Below are positions 20,129-29,113 of a stretch of DNA of 64,000 nucleotides, in pieces. Source of the stretch: a virus; IMG/VR virus record IMGVR_UViG_3300024353_000005, positions 17,675 to 81,674 of that record, one strand, 5' to 3'. The notes below the pieces were generated by a model, which was not told the origin of the DNA, did not search any database, and worked only from the letters and a program-made list of their open reading frames with translations. A program made the position numbers and the translations under genes. Numbering within the stretch: the first letter of the stretch is position 1; every line of letters begins with the position of its first letter.

Positions 20129-22423
20129 TTACCTCCCGATAAAATCCTGAAAGTAAGTTTCCATTTCCTCTCTCGAAGCCTCTACTATCTTAGAAAAATT
20201 CTTATAAAACTTGTAATATAATTTTCCCTTAAAACCGCCTGTTTTATTCTTGATAACGCTTATCTCGATAACAGGCTGTGATTTCCCATTCTCATCCACA
20301 AAATATAAAGTGCTGTCATCCCGCAAATCAAAATCATTATAGAGCAGTGCCGTAAAATCGGAATCGAACTGCAAGTCAACGCACTCCTTTATATCGTCGC
20401 CCAGTGGCCTTCGTAGCGAGTTTATTTTCTTGAGTTCGGCTGTAGCCACGACTGGAATGTCATAATCGGTTTTCCACCTTTTCAACGTATCCGATACATA
20501 CATATATGTTTCCCTTACCGAGCCGAATCTTAATTCGCTTTTTATCCTGTGCAGATTATCAACGATTACAATCAACTGTTTCTTGCCTGCAATTTCCTTA
20601 TAAATCCTGATGTATTTTTCCATTTCCTCTATGCTACGAATATCGTTTTCCTCTTTTACAGCAAACGAACTCGACAAGGATTTCAAGTTGGTCATCGCTT
20701 TTTCACGGACTTTGAGCAATTCTTCGGCTCTTTCGGGTTCGAGTTCCTTATTATATTTAATCTTGAATTTTGGATTTGACACAGTATTTATTTCCAAGTT
20801 GGTATCGGCAGCAATTATTCTAGGAAGTATCTGCCTGATATTATCGTCAATAGAAAAGAACAATACAAAAACATCATTATATTTCGTAAGATTTAGGGCT
20901 AAATTTAATAAGACTGCCGACTTTCCTATGTTTGTTTGTCCAGCAAGCAAATAGAAAGCATTTTGTAATCCATCTAATTTTTTTGTGAGTATTGGATAAC
21001 CAGTTTTCAGACCCAAAAGTCCACTGCCCCTTGACCAAGCCCAAGACTCGAATTGGTTTACCTCAGTTTCAAGAGACGATTTTTCTTTCAGTATATCCCG
21101 TGAGGTTAATAAATACCTTCCCTGTCCCAACTTCTTATTCCGTTCTACTTCCTTTTTAAGTGCCTCAAAAGTAACATCCAAAACCTCGGCTAAATCCCTT
21201 ATCATCTGCTCAGTAGTTACATAATCTTCCTCGCTGACTACTAATTGTATCAGGTCATTTTTAAGAAATTCGTTCCCCTTATTATTTTTTAAGTCCTTGA
21301 GTTTCCACTCAAAAATGGTAAACTCTGGCAGATTAAGAAAATCCTCTGTGCTATGGCTTTGCAAATATTCATCTGGGTCTTTGTTCCCATTTGGCTCCTT
21401 GATAAAAACCTCTATATCCCTTTTCGCTTTTAATTTCTCCTCGATAATTCGGGTGGTCGCCTCTTTTCCCGCCTCATCATTGTCAAGGCAGAGTGTTAAT
21501 TGTTTAATTCGGTTATATACCAAGAGGTCATATTGTTTGTCGCTAAATCCCAAGCCACCCAAAGCGATAACATTATCTACTCCTCGCAAAGCCAAAGACC
21601 ACACATCAGCATAGCCTTCAACAAGATAGACTTTGGGATGATTTTTCGCCTCTTTTAAATTATATAATATCTCGGCTTTCTTATACAAATTAGTCGCCCT
21701 AAAGTTAATATATTTCTGTTCCCCATTTTTATCGCTTAATCTCCTGCTGGCGAACCCAGTTATCCTGCCATAGCCATCTCTGATAGGAAATACTAATCTG
21801 TTATTTAAAACGCCTTTGGCACTATTCTGGTTTTTCTCATTTGCTTTATCTGTTAAACCAGCCATTTCAAGTTGCTCTCTGGTATATCCCCGCTTTAAAA
21901 GATTAGCGATTAACTTGTCATAAAGACAGTAGCCAAACTCAAACTTGTCTATGATTTTATCCCATCGCCTTTTTCTGATATAATCCTTGACTTTTTTCAA
22001 CGATGAGTGTTCTTGTTTTATTACTGCTTTCATCATCTTGTTAGCCACTTCCAAAATTTCCCTTAACTGGCTTGCTTGCTTTTCTCTATCGCTTATATCC
22101 TCTACCTCATAAGAGATACCAAATTTTTTTGCCAAGTATAAAACATTGTCGGTAATAAACTCGTTTCCTGTAAGTGGCTTGCCTTCCAAAAAATAAGCAC
22201 AAGCAAATATATCAGCATTGGATACATCATCGCACACGAAACATTTGATATGCTCATCATCAGGAAAAAATGTTGCTGATGGAGAGTTATCATCATTTCT
22301 GTGATTAGAACGACAGGGACAAGTCAGGTGATTTCCCTCAAAATTTGTATCATGTTCTTCTAAATAATCCCGCAGATATGGTCTTATTTTATTTTTAAGT
22401 TCTTCTAAATTTTTTATTCGCAT
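20129..22423 (-). CDS. Primase-helicase (zinc finger, DnaG TOPRIM, DnaB-like SF4 helicase)
   Basis: CP..H..CFVC, LVFPI..GFASR, LVEGYAD, LDNDEAG, KDPDE, Walker A GQTNIGKS, IVDNL. Confidence 0.93.
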   Translation of the reverse strand: MRIKNLEELKNKIRPYLRDYLEEHDTNFEGNHLTCPCRSNHRNDDNSPSATFFPDDEHIKCFVCDDVSNADIFACAYFLEGKPLTGNEFITDNVLYLAKKFGISYEVEDISDREKQASQLREILEVANKMMKAVIKQEHSSLKKVKDYIRKRRWDKIIDKFEFGYCLYDKLIANLLKRGYTREQLEMAGLTDKANEKNQNSAKGVLNNRLVFPIRDGYGRITGFASRRLSDKNGEQKYINFRATNLYKKAEILYNLKEAKNHPKVYLVEGYADVWSLALRGVDNVIALGGLGFSDKQYDLLVYNRIKQLTLCLDNDEAGKEATTRIIEEKLKAKRDIEVFIKEPNGNKDPDEYLQSHSTEDFLNLPEFTIFEWKLKDLKNNKGNEFLKNDLIQLVVSEEDYVTTEQMIRDLAEVLDVTFEALKKEVERNKKLGQGRYLLTSRDILKEKSSLETEVNQFESWAWSRGSGLLGLKTGYPILTKKLDGLQNAFYLLAGQTNIGKSAVLLNLALNLTKYNDVFVLFFSIDDNIRQILPRIIAADTNLEINTVSNPKFKIKYNKELEPERAEELLKVREKAMTNLKSLSSSFAVKEENDIRSIEEMEKYIRIYKEIAGKKQLIVIVDNLHRIKSELRFGSVRETYMYVSDTLKRWKTDYDIPVVATAELKKINSLRRPLGDDIKECVDLQFDSDFTALLYNDFDLRDDSTLYFVDENGKSQPVIEISVIKNKTGGFKGKLYYKFYKNFSKIVEASREEMETYFQDFIGR

Positions 22424-22918
22424 AGATTATAATTATCCTCTCCAAAATATCTGCCACAAACCTTTAATAACTGTAGCAACTAAAAATCCCACCAGTCCAA
22501 TAAGACAGAGCATAAGAAATCCTGCTATTATTTGATAAAGTATTGTCATTTATTTTCTTTCTGGGTAGTTAAATACCCTTCTGTTCCATATAATTCCATA
22601 CTTATTGTCTTTAAATCATTTAGTTTTGCATAAATAGCAGGAAATGTGGAATGTTCTGATTTATCTGCCGACCAAAAATATAAATCTTTAAATATATTTG
22701 ACTTTAACCAAGTATTGTGTTTTGCCTTATAACAATGAGGCATCATATTTCTTAGTTCTTCTTTAGACAATACTTTCATTTCTCCACCTTTATATGCAAT
22801 CGTTCCAAGATAGTGTCCACGACAAAATACTCCCTCGCAACATCGTATTCCTCTCCCGAAGAAAGTATTTTCTCCACAAGGTTAATCAGTTTCCTGTATT
22901 TTCGCTTGCTAATATATC

Positions 22919-23146
22919 TCATACTTTTTTTAAAGTTCTCTTCTTTATTGTCCACTCACTTACCCAAACAAGTGCTCTATCATTTTTAAGTCGGATTTGA
23001 TATCTAGTCACAGAATTATGTGAACCCATTGGTACTCTCATTCTATCCATAAGTATTCCTGTTTGACCACTATAAAATCCTGCAATAATTTCAACCCTAT
23101 CTTTATAATGAAACTTTACGATTTTCTTTTTCTTTCGCCCAAACAT
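22919..23146 (-). CDS. Small KOW-motif protein
   Basis: DRVEIIAGFYSGQTG. Confidence 0.6.
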   Translation of the reverse strand: MFGRKKKKIVKFHYKDRVEIIAGFYSGQTGILMDRMRVPMGSHNSVTRYQIRLKNDRALVWVSEWTIKKRTLKKV

Positions 23147-23148
23147 TC

Positions 23149-24027
23149 TTATCTGCTCCTTTCATTATTTTTAATAAATTTATCACCATCTATCGTTTCC
23201 CGAAACTTGCGATTTCGCTTTATCCGATGAATATCCTTTATCACATACTCGTTTGCAAAAGTCCGCAATAATCCTGTGTGCATAGATAGCCGTCTTTCCT
23301 CAGCTTTCTTGAAAGACCAGTCCAGAAAATCTGGGACATCGTTTGCGGTCATATTGTTTTTCTCGAACTGCCTGATGAGGTTATTCATCTTAATACTGTC
23401 CATCGCCCAGTTCGGTGTGTATTTCTTCCCATAGGCATTGTTAAATTTGGACAGGAACACTCTCACCAGATAAGGTGCGTTTATCCTTCCCTCTTTGTCG
23501 GTAACTTTCTTCCTTGTATTCTTGGAATTTTTTTCAAGTGTGGTTGACAGATTTTTCAGAAACTCGTTTGCTGGAAATCTTCCACCCAAAATTTTAAGTG
23601 CTTTTCTCAACTTATACCAGCTCGGATATTTCCAACTGTCCAAAACTGGATTAAAGACATAAATCTTCGTTCCCTCTTTGATAAAAAATCCCACCCTATC
23701 AATGGCCTGCTTGACCAGATTTTTCTTTCCCTTCAAGGTCTGCAAGAAATCCTGCTGAAAATGCTGTGCGATTTCCTTCTTGACTATAAACTCTTTCAAG
23801 ACAACAGAACCCACAATATTATAATCTATCAGGCTATCCAGAGTAAGCGAGCCAACTGTGCTGTCTAATCCGATTTGGAGGCTAAGGTCTTTTAGGCTGA
23901 CTTTTTCGAAATTTCCCTTATCTGAATAAAAATAATATGTAAATAGCAGAAGCAAAACATTAATCTGCCTCTTGTTCAGTGGTAACAGATTTAGTGCGAT
24001 GAGTAAATCTTGGAAATCGGTTTTCAT
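23149..24027 (-). CDS. Hypothetical protein, possibly replication-initiator-like (wHTH)
   Basis: N-terminal wHTH-like segment; lies just upstream of the primase-helicase. Confidence 0.4.
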   Translation of the reverse strand: MKTDFQDLLIALNLLPLNKRQINVLLLLFTYYFYSDKGNFEKVSLKDLSLQIGLDSTVGSLTLDSLIDYNIVGSVVLKEFIVKKEIAQHFQQDFLQTLKGKKNLVKQAIDRVGFFIKEGTKIYVFNPVLDSWKYPSWYKLRKALKILGGRFPANEFLKNLSTTLEKNSKNTRKKVTDKEGRINAPYLVRVFLSKFNNAYGKKYTPNWAMDSIKMNNLIRQFEKNNMTANDVPDFLDWSFKKAEERRLSMHTGLLRTFANEYVIKDIHRIKRNRKFRETIDGDKFIKNNERSR

Positions 24028-24683
24028 TTACTCTCCTCTATGTTATTTAGGGTTTTTTTTACACCAAATTATAAAATGAATAGCTATAGCTATAAAAATT
24101 ATAACCAGAGCCCAAAAACAGTTCCTTGCTATTCCCTTACATATTGTATAAATTATCTCATAGCCTTCTATCTGTGTCATTTAATCTCCACATCTTTTAT
24201 TTGGTTGCACCCTGTATAATTAACAAAATCAATATACTTCATAAGTTCATATTCTTGTCTATATTTTATTACCTTCCAAATTTCTATAAACAAACCATAA
24301 TCTGTTTCCTGTACCAAATTGATTTTATTTGGATTAATCAGAGTTCCATTAGTATCGTTCTCAGCTAAACATTCATGATATATTTGCCTATTTTTTTCTG
24401 TGTAAATTCTAACCCTAAAATGTAGAGAAAATAGCCCAATGATAAATACTAAACTAAAAAGTAATAGTATTCCTCTATATAAAAATATTTTTTTCATTTT
24501 TTCCTCCTATCTGCCTAAAATTTTAGCCCCGTAAAAAATAAAGAAATTGATAGCCCCAAGCAAATAGTTAATAATACCTGTAGTCAACTGTATCGGTCTG
24601 ATTAACAAGCAGCAAGTTCCTGATATTATAAAGGCGATTACTGTTATAGGTTGGGCTATTCTTAAAATTATCTCTAACATTTT

Positions 24684-25397
24684 TTATTCTCCCCGATTAA
24701 ATTTTAGAATTTTTTGTTTCGCTTTATGTAAATCTTTTAGTTCATGTTCCCAAAAGATTAAAGTCTGATAACCGTAGGCTCCATAAACTATTGATCTTCG
24801 CTTATCTCTTTTTTTAGTATCTTTTCTATTGTGCCAATAATCGCCATAGAGTTCTATTATTTTCTTCTGACCATTATAATTTATGAAATCTGGATTTAAT
24901 CCTCCCAATATAACTTTTCCATTTCCGACATATTTATATTCATTTGGCAAGATTTTCTGAAGAAATTTATCTAATAGTTTCTCTGGTTTATTAGGCTTTA
25001 TCCTTAAAGATTTCATCCATTTTTTAATTACTCTATTTTTATACTCTTTATTCTGCCATCTCTTTAACATATTTCTTTTAAATTTTCTTTTCGTTTCTAA
25101 ACTATGTTTATAACCTTCCAACGATTTACTAATTCGATCTTTAATATTTTTGGAGATAATATGACCTTTTAGGGCTTCGCTTTTAGTTCTTATTTTTATA
25201 CTGTATTTTTTCAAATATTGTCTAATGGTTACATCGCTACAATTAAATATTTTAGCAATTTTCATTGATGATTTTCTATTCTCGATATATTCTTTAATCA
25301 AATATTGTTTAGTTATGGGGTATTTTTTGGGCCTTTTTAAAGCCGCTAATCTCATTTTCTGTTTAGTCTCTTTTGTATGTTTTGAGTTCAGCTTCAT
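24684..25397 (-). mobile_element. Free-standing homing endonuclease (NUMOD3 + Vsr/DUF559-like)
   Basis: HTKETKQKM and HSLETKRK repeats; PDFI..IIELYGDYWH..FWEHEL. Confidence 0.8.
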
Positions 25398-25561
25398 TTC
25401 AAAGTGTCCGCAGAATAGGCATAGCCATCTACGATAAAGAAATAAGTCTTGTCCTTATAAATGCCAGTTCCACCACAAGCCCTACAGTTCTTATCCTTGC
25501 CTTTGCAGATATAGCACTTTGCCTTGTTTATTCTGGTTATGACCTCTAATTTCTTTTTCAT
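25394..25561 (-). CDS. 55-aa zinc-finger protein (DnaJ-like CxxCxGxG)
   Basis: Manual translation: ..CYICKGKDKNCRACGGTG..; overlaps both neighbours by ATGA. Confidence 0.6.
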   Translation of the reverse strand: MKKKLEVITRINKAKCYICKGKDKNCRACGGTGIYKDKTYFFIVDGYAYSADTLK

Positions 25562-25920
25562 TTTATCTCCTCTATAACTTTATGTATTTTTATCATTTCA
25601 TTTGCAAAATTTTCTGCTTCGGTTTTTTCATCTAAATTAATTGTTAAACATTGATTAGGTTCTTCTGTAGGAATATAAGTTACTGTTTTAGTAATTTTAG
25701 TTTCAGAATTAGTAGCATAAATCTTAAAAGTATATTTCTTATTTGGTTCAAGTATCATTATAAAGGAATTTTCACCAGATAATCGCATATCATTAGAGAA
25801 TACTGCATCTATATTATAAGTAAGGCTTGGTTCTATATTTATCTTTACATACACTACATCCAAAGAAGAACAACCCATAACAAATAAACTAATTAAAAAT
25901 AAGCAAATTAATTTCTTCAT
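25558..25920 (-). CDS. Predicted lipoprotein
   Basis: MKKLICLFLISLFVMG-C lipobox. Confidence 0.7.
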   Translation of the reverse strand: MKKLICLFLISLFVMGCSSLDVVYVKINIEPSLTYNIDAVFSNDMRLSGENSFIMILEPNKKYTFKIYATNSETKITKTVTYIPTEEPNQCLTINLDEKTEAENFANEMIKIHKVIEEIK

Positions 25921-25921
25921 T

Positions 25922-26188
25922 TCATATCTCCTTTCTATCCAGTTTCTCCCTAATCGCTAAAGCCCTATCTATAAGCCTATCCCAGTTCTTTCGCAAATTT
26001 CTGGCTGTATCAAAACGAAAGCCCTCTTCCTTCAATTGGTCAAGGGCCATTTTGAATATACTTGGTGGGTTCTGGCGTTCAAAAGCATTGTAGATAAATT
26101 CTTCAACCTCTCTGTCTGTAACAGGATAGGTCATTTTTCTATCTTTTCTCAACTTTTTACCCCTCACTATATAGTGTTTTTCAGACAT
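25922..26188 (-). CDS. Hypothetical protein
   Basis: ORF abutting both neighbours. Confidence 0.6.
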   Translation of the reverse strand: MSEKHYIVRGKKLRKDRKMTYPVTDREVEEFIYNAFERQNPPSIFKMALDQLKEEGFRFDTARNLRKNWDRLIDRALAIREKLDRKEI

Positions 26189-26189
26189 T

Positions 26190-26531
26190 TTACAAGTACC
26201 CCTTAAGAGATTTTTTCAAATTATTTTTAGCACAATTGAGATACTCACTAACAGCTTGTTGACTAATTCCCAAAATTTTCCCTATTTCCTTCTGCTTCTT
26301 ATTCTTTATGAAGTATAATTTAATACATTGTCTTTGTTTTGGTGTCAAACTTTTTAGGGCCTTTCTAACTACTTTAGCAAGGTGCTCATGCTTCTTCTGA
26401 GTAACATCAAACTCGTTTTCCTCCTCCTCAATGAGAATTTCCAAAGGAGTCTTGGGTTCTTGTTCCTCTCTTAACAGTTCCAAAGTTCGAGCAGTCTTAC
26501 CTCGAAATATTTCCTTGTATTGTTTGGGCAT
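26190..26531 (-). CDS. Stand-alone sigma70 region-4 HTH protein
   Basis: ALKSLTPKQRQCIKLYF..QKEIGKILGISQQAVSEYL. Confidence 0.85.
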   Translation of the reverse strand: MPKQYKEIFRGKTARTLELLREEQEPKTPLEILIEEEENEFDVTQKKHEHLAKVVRKALKSLTPKQRQCIKLYFIKNKKQKEIGKILGISQQAVSEYLNCAKNNLKKSLKGYL

Positions 26532-26540
26532 AATTTTCTC

Positions 26541-27101
26541 CTATCTCACAGTTACATTAACATCAGTCTCTACATCTGTTTCATTAGTATTCTCATTGGT
26601 GTTAGTATTATTATTTGTTGTTGTAGCAGTTCCAGACCCACCTGTTGCAGAATTAGTTATAGTTCCTGTATAAGCTGTAGAAGTTATATTGCCCACAGAA
26701 GAACTACTTTGAGAAGCAATAGTACCCATATTTACACTTTGATTAAATCTTATTCTTTTAATAGCGTCTGTTACTTCTCGTAATGGCATACCTTGAGCAA
26801 TTAAGTACTCTCTCATTGCTTGAGCTTTAATAATTTCTATCTTAATTTCGTGTTCTCTTTGTATCTCAGTCTCGACTTGTCTTGTCCTCTCAATCATCCG
26901 TTGTTTATAATGCTCCTGCTCGGATAATCTTTCTTTCTCAGTTAAATTTCCCTGCAAATAGATACACCCATCTTTTTCGTAGTACTCACCTTTTAAATCT
27001 AATTCATTAGCTTTTGCTCCCCTTCCAAAAATTAGCAGAAAACCTACTATCACCAAAATTGTCACCACCATCCTAATTAAGCCTACTACTTCTTTTCTCA
27101 T
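26541..27101 (-). CDS. Exported/membrane-anchored protein with Thr/Asn-rich tail; first clear gene behind the riboswitches
   Basis: Signal-like N-terminus ending AKA; tail GTATTTNNNTNTNENTNET; GAGG RBS. Confidence 0.7.
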   Translation of the reverse strand: MRKEVVGLIRMVVTILVIVGFLLIFGRGAKANELDLKGEYYEKDGCIYLQGNLTEKERLSEQEHYKQRMIERTRQVETEIQREHEIKIEIIKAQAMREYLIAQGMPLREVTDAIKRIRFNQSVNMGTIASQSSSSVGNITSTAYTGTITNSATGGSGTATTTNNNTNTNENTNETDVETDVNVTVR

Positions 27102-27290
27102 TCTATCCTCTTTCTGCTTGTATTATAGCCAAATTTTTCTCTGGCCTCTATGAGCTATTTCTGAAGTTGCTACTTTACTATTCCATTTACAGTTTTTATT
27201 TTGACAATCTTTACAACCATTAAGCCTATCGAGTTCCTTTTTATAAAATTTATCCTTCTTTTCTCCCCTTTTCCAAGCCTCCTTTTCCAG

Positions 27291-27333
27291 AAAATAAAAA
27301 AGCCGAACCACCACAATATTCGGTAGCTCGGCT
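27291..27333 (-). terminator. Intrinsic terminator of riboswitch B
   Basis: AGCCGAGCUACCG/UGGUGGUUCGGCU stem followed by a U-tract; overlaps the aptamer 3' end. Confidence 0.85.
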
Positions 27334-27392
27334 ATCATTTCTGACCCGTAGCTTTGCGCTTCGCTATTTCAGCGAATTGCCTTTATCGTAAT
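27310..27392 (-). ncRNA. c-di-GMP-I (GEMM) riboswitch B (promoter-distal)
   Basis: AUUACGAUA-AAGGCAA-UUCGCU GAAAU AGCGAA-GCGCAAAGCUACGGGUC..GAUAGCCGAGCUACCGAA-UAUUGUGGU; 9-bp P1. Confidence 0.88.
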
Positions 27393-27445
27393 CTAAATTG
27401 TATATTAAAGTTACACTACTTTAGAGATCCTCCAATTTCTCTCCT

Positions 27446-27486
27446 AAAATAAAAAGCCGAATTGCCTATCCTTCGGCAACTCGGCT
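27446..27486 (-). terminator. Intrinsic terminator of riboswitch A
   Basis: AGCCGAGUUGCC/GGCAAUUCGGCU stem followed by UUUUAUUUU. Confidence 0.87.
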
Positions 27487-27549
27487 TCGCTTAAAGCGAC
27501 CTTGAGTTTTGCGCCCCACTAATTCAGTGGGTAGCCCTTTCGGAGATAG
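27466..27549 (-). ncRNA. c-di-GMP-I (GEMM) riboswitch A (promoter-proximal)
   Basis: CUAUCU-CCGAAAGGGCUA-CCCACU GAAUU AGUGGG-GCGCAAAACUCAAGGUCGC..GCGAAGCCGAGUUGCCGAA-GGAUAG. Confidence 0.82.
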
Positions 27550-27574
27550 TATTAAATTTCAACCTGTAATATTA

Positions 27575-27603
27575 AGTATACACTATAAAATCTAATTTGT
27601 CAA
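27575..27603 (-). promoter_or_regulatory. sigma70 promoter driving the tandem riboswitch leader
   Basis: TTGACA-17-TATACT. Confidence 0.85.
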
Positions 27604-27607
27604 GTCC

Positions 27608-29113
27608 CTAATTTTTATTTTTTTCAAATCTACTTTTTTCTCGTAATACCTGCAAAAATATATCTACTAATTCTGGATCAAATTGTTTTCCCTTCTCTCG
27701 TTCCAATTCTTCTATTGCTTGTTCCTTAGTTTTAGGATTTCCATTATAGGGTCTTTTGTGTATCATTGTATCATAACTATCTAAAATAGCAGTAATACGA
27801 GAAAGTAAAGGGATATTCTGACCTCTCAATCCATCAGGATAACCAGTTCCATCCCATCTTTCGTGGTGGCGTAATATGTAATCCGCTATATGAGAAAATT
27901 GCCTTACCCCTTTTAAAATGTTATAGCCTAAAATTGGATGAGTTTTCAGCTTTTTCCATTCTTTTTCAGTTAAAGGTTCTTTTTTATGAAGTATTCTGTC
28001 TGGAATGCCTATCTTACCTATATCGTGAAATTTAATAGTATAATGTAAATCTCTTATTTCTTGAAGTGATAAATGAAGTCTTTTAGCGAATTTAGCTCCC
28101 AATTTTATTAATCTATTATGATGTATTTGAGTTCCCATATCTTTTTGTTTCATAACTTCAATTAAACTATTAATAAATTCTTTCTGAGCAGTGCCTTCTT
28201 TATCCATTTTATCTTTATACATTTCTTCATCTGCTTTAGATATATATCTATTTAAATCTTCTTTTTTAAATTCAGTTATTGTAATAGATCCAATAGCATA
28301 GTTAATATTAATTTTTTTAACTTCTAAAGAATAAGATTTACATTTTCTATTTAATTTCTTAATAATTTCTTCTGCACGACTTCGGTCTGTTTGTTTAAGA
28401 AGGATTGAAAATTCGTCCCCCCCAATTCGTGCTACTACATCGTCTTGTCTTACGCAATTTCTCATAGACTTTCCAAAATATCGAAGTATCTTATCCCCTG
28501 CTGGATGTCCCCAAGTATCATTAATAATTTTTAAATGATTTACATCTATTGAGATTATAGAAATGGGATAGTTTCTTTTAGTATTTATTCTTCTCAATTC
28601 TTCTTCAAAATAAGTTCTGTTATATAACTCTGTCAACGAGTCGTGATAGGCATTATATTTTATCTGCTCTTGTAATTTTCTGTGCTCAATTCTACTTTTT
28701 TGTAATTGCAATTTTATTTGTCGCTTTGTTTGTCTTGCCATATACTCTTGAAAACTTGTTTTTATAACCTCCAGAAAAGTTAATGTGTCATAGGGTTTTA
28801 TCAAAAGCTTTTTAATTCCTATTTCTAACAATTGTTGTGTTTGTTTTAATGTTAAAATTAAACCAGTTATTACTATAATACAAGTGTCAGGATAATTTAA
28901 TTTTATATAATAAGCTAAATCTACCCCATTTCCATCAGGTAATTCAATATCAATTATTACTACTCCAATATTATTTTCTTTGAAGATTTTCAACCCTTCC
29001 TGAAAAGAATTAGCAATTAAAGTTTTATAACCCTGAGCTTGAAGATTTATAGAAATAGCTTTTGCTAATTCTTTGTCATCTTCTATAATAGCTATTTTAG
29101 GAATATTATTCAT
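27608..29113 (-). CDS. REC-GGDEF-HD-GYP protein (diguanylate cyclase / c-di-GMP phosphodiesterase)
   Basis: REC: IIEDD, IIDIELPDGNG, ITG, IKPY. GGDEF: DSLTELYNR, NDTWGHPAGD, RQDD I-site, RIGGDEF. HD-GYP: HDIGK, HHERWDGTGYP. Likely start 29113. Confidence 0.95.
   Translation of the reverse strand: MNNIPKIAIIEDDKELAKAISINLQAQGYKTLIANSFQEGLKIFKENNIGVVIIDIELPDGNGVDLAYYIKLNYPDTCIIVITGLILTLKQTQQLLEIGIKKLLIKPYDTLTFLEVIKTSFQEYMARQTKRQIKLQLQKSRIEHRKLQEQIKYNAYHDSLTELYNRTYFEEELRRINTKRNYPISIISIDVNHLKIINDTWGHPAGDKILRYFGKSMRNCVRQDDVVARIGGDEFSILLKQTDRSRAEEIIKKLNRKCKSYSLEVKKININYAIGSITITEFKKEDLNRYISKADEEMYKDKMDKEGTAQKEFINSLIEVMKQKDMGTQIHHNRLIKLGAKFAKRLHLSLQEIRDLHYTIKFHDIGKIGIPDRILHKKEPLTEKEWKKLKTHPILGYNILKGVRQFSHIADYILRHHERWDGTGYPDGLRGQNIPLLSRITAILDSYDTMIHKRPYNGNPKTKEQAIEELEREKGKQFDPELVDIFLQVLREKSRFEKNKN

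Noticed and set aside
27123-27338. 71-aa ORF in the track
   Set aside because: Its start lies inside riboswitch B and it crosses the terminator; more likely leader sequence
27608-29113. cGAMP-type (Hypr GGDEF / GEMM-Ib) or CBASS-related system
   Set aside because: Canonical Asp in GHPAGD and G at the aptamer G20-equivalent point to c-di-GMP; no CD-NTase seen
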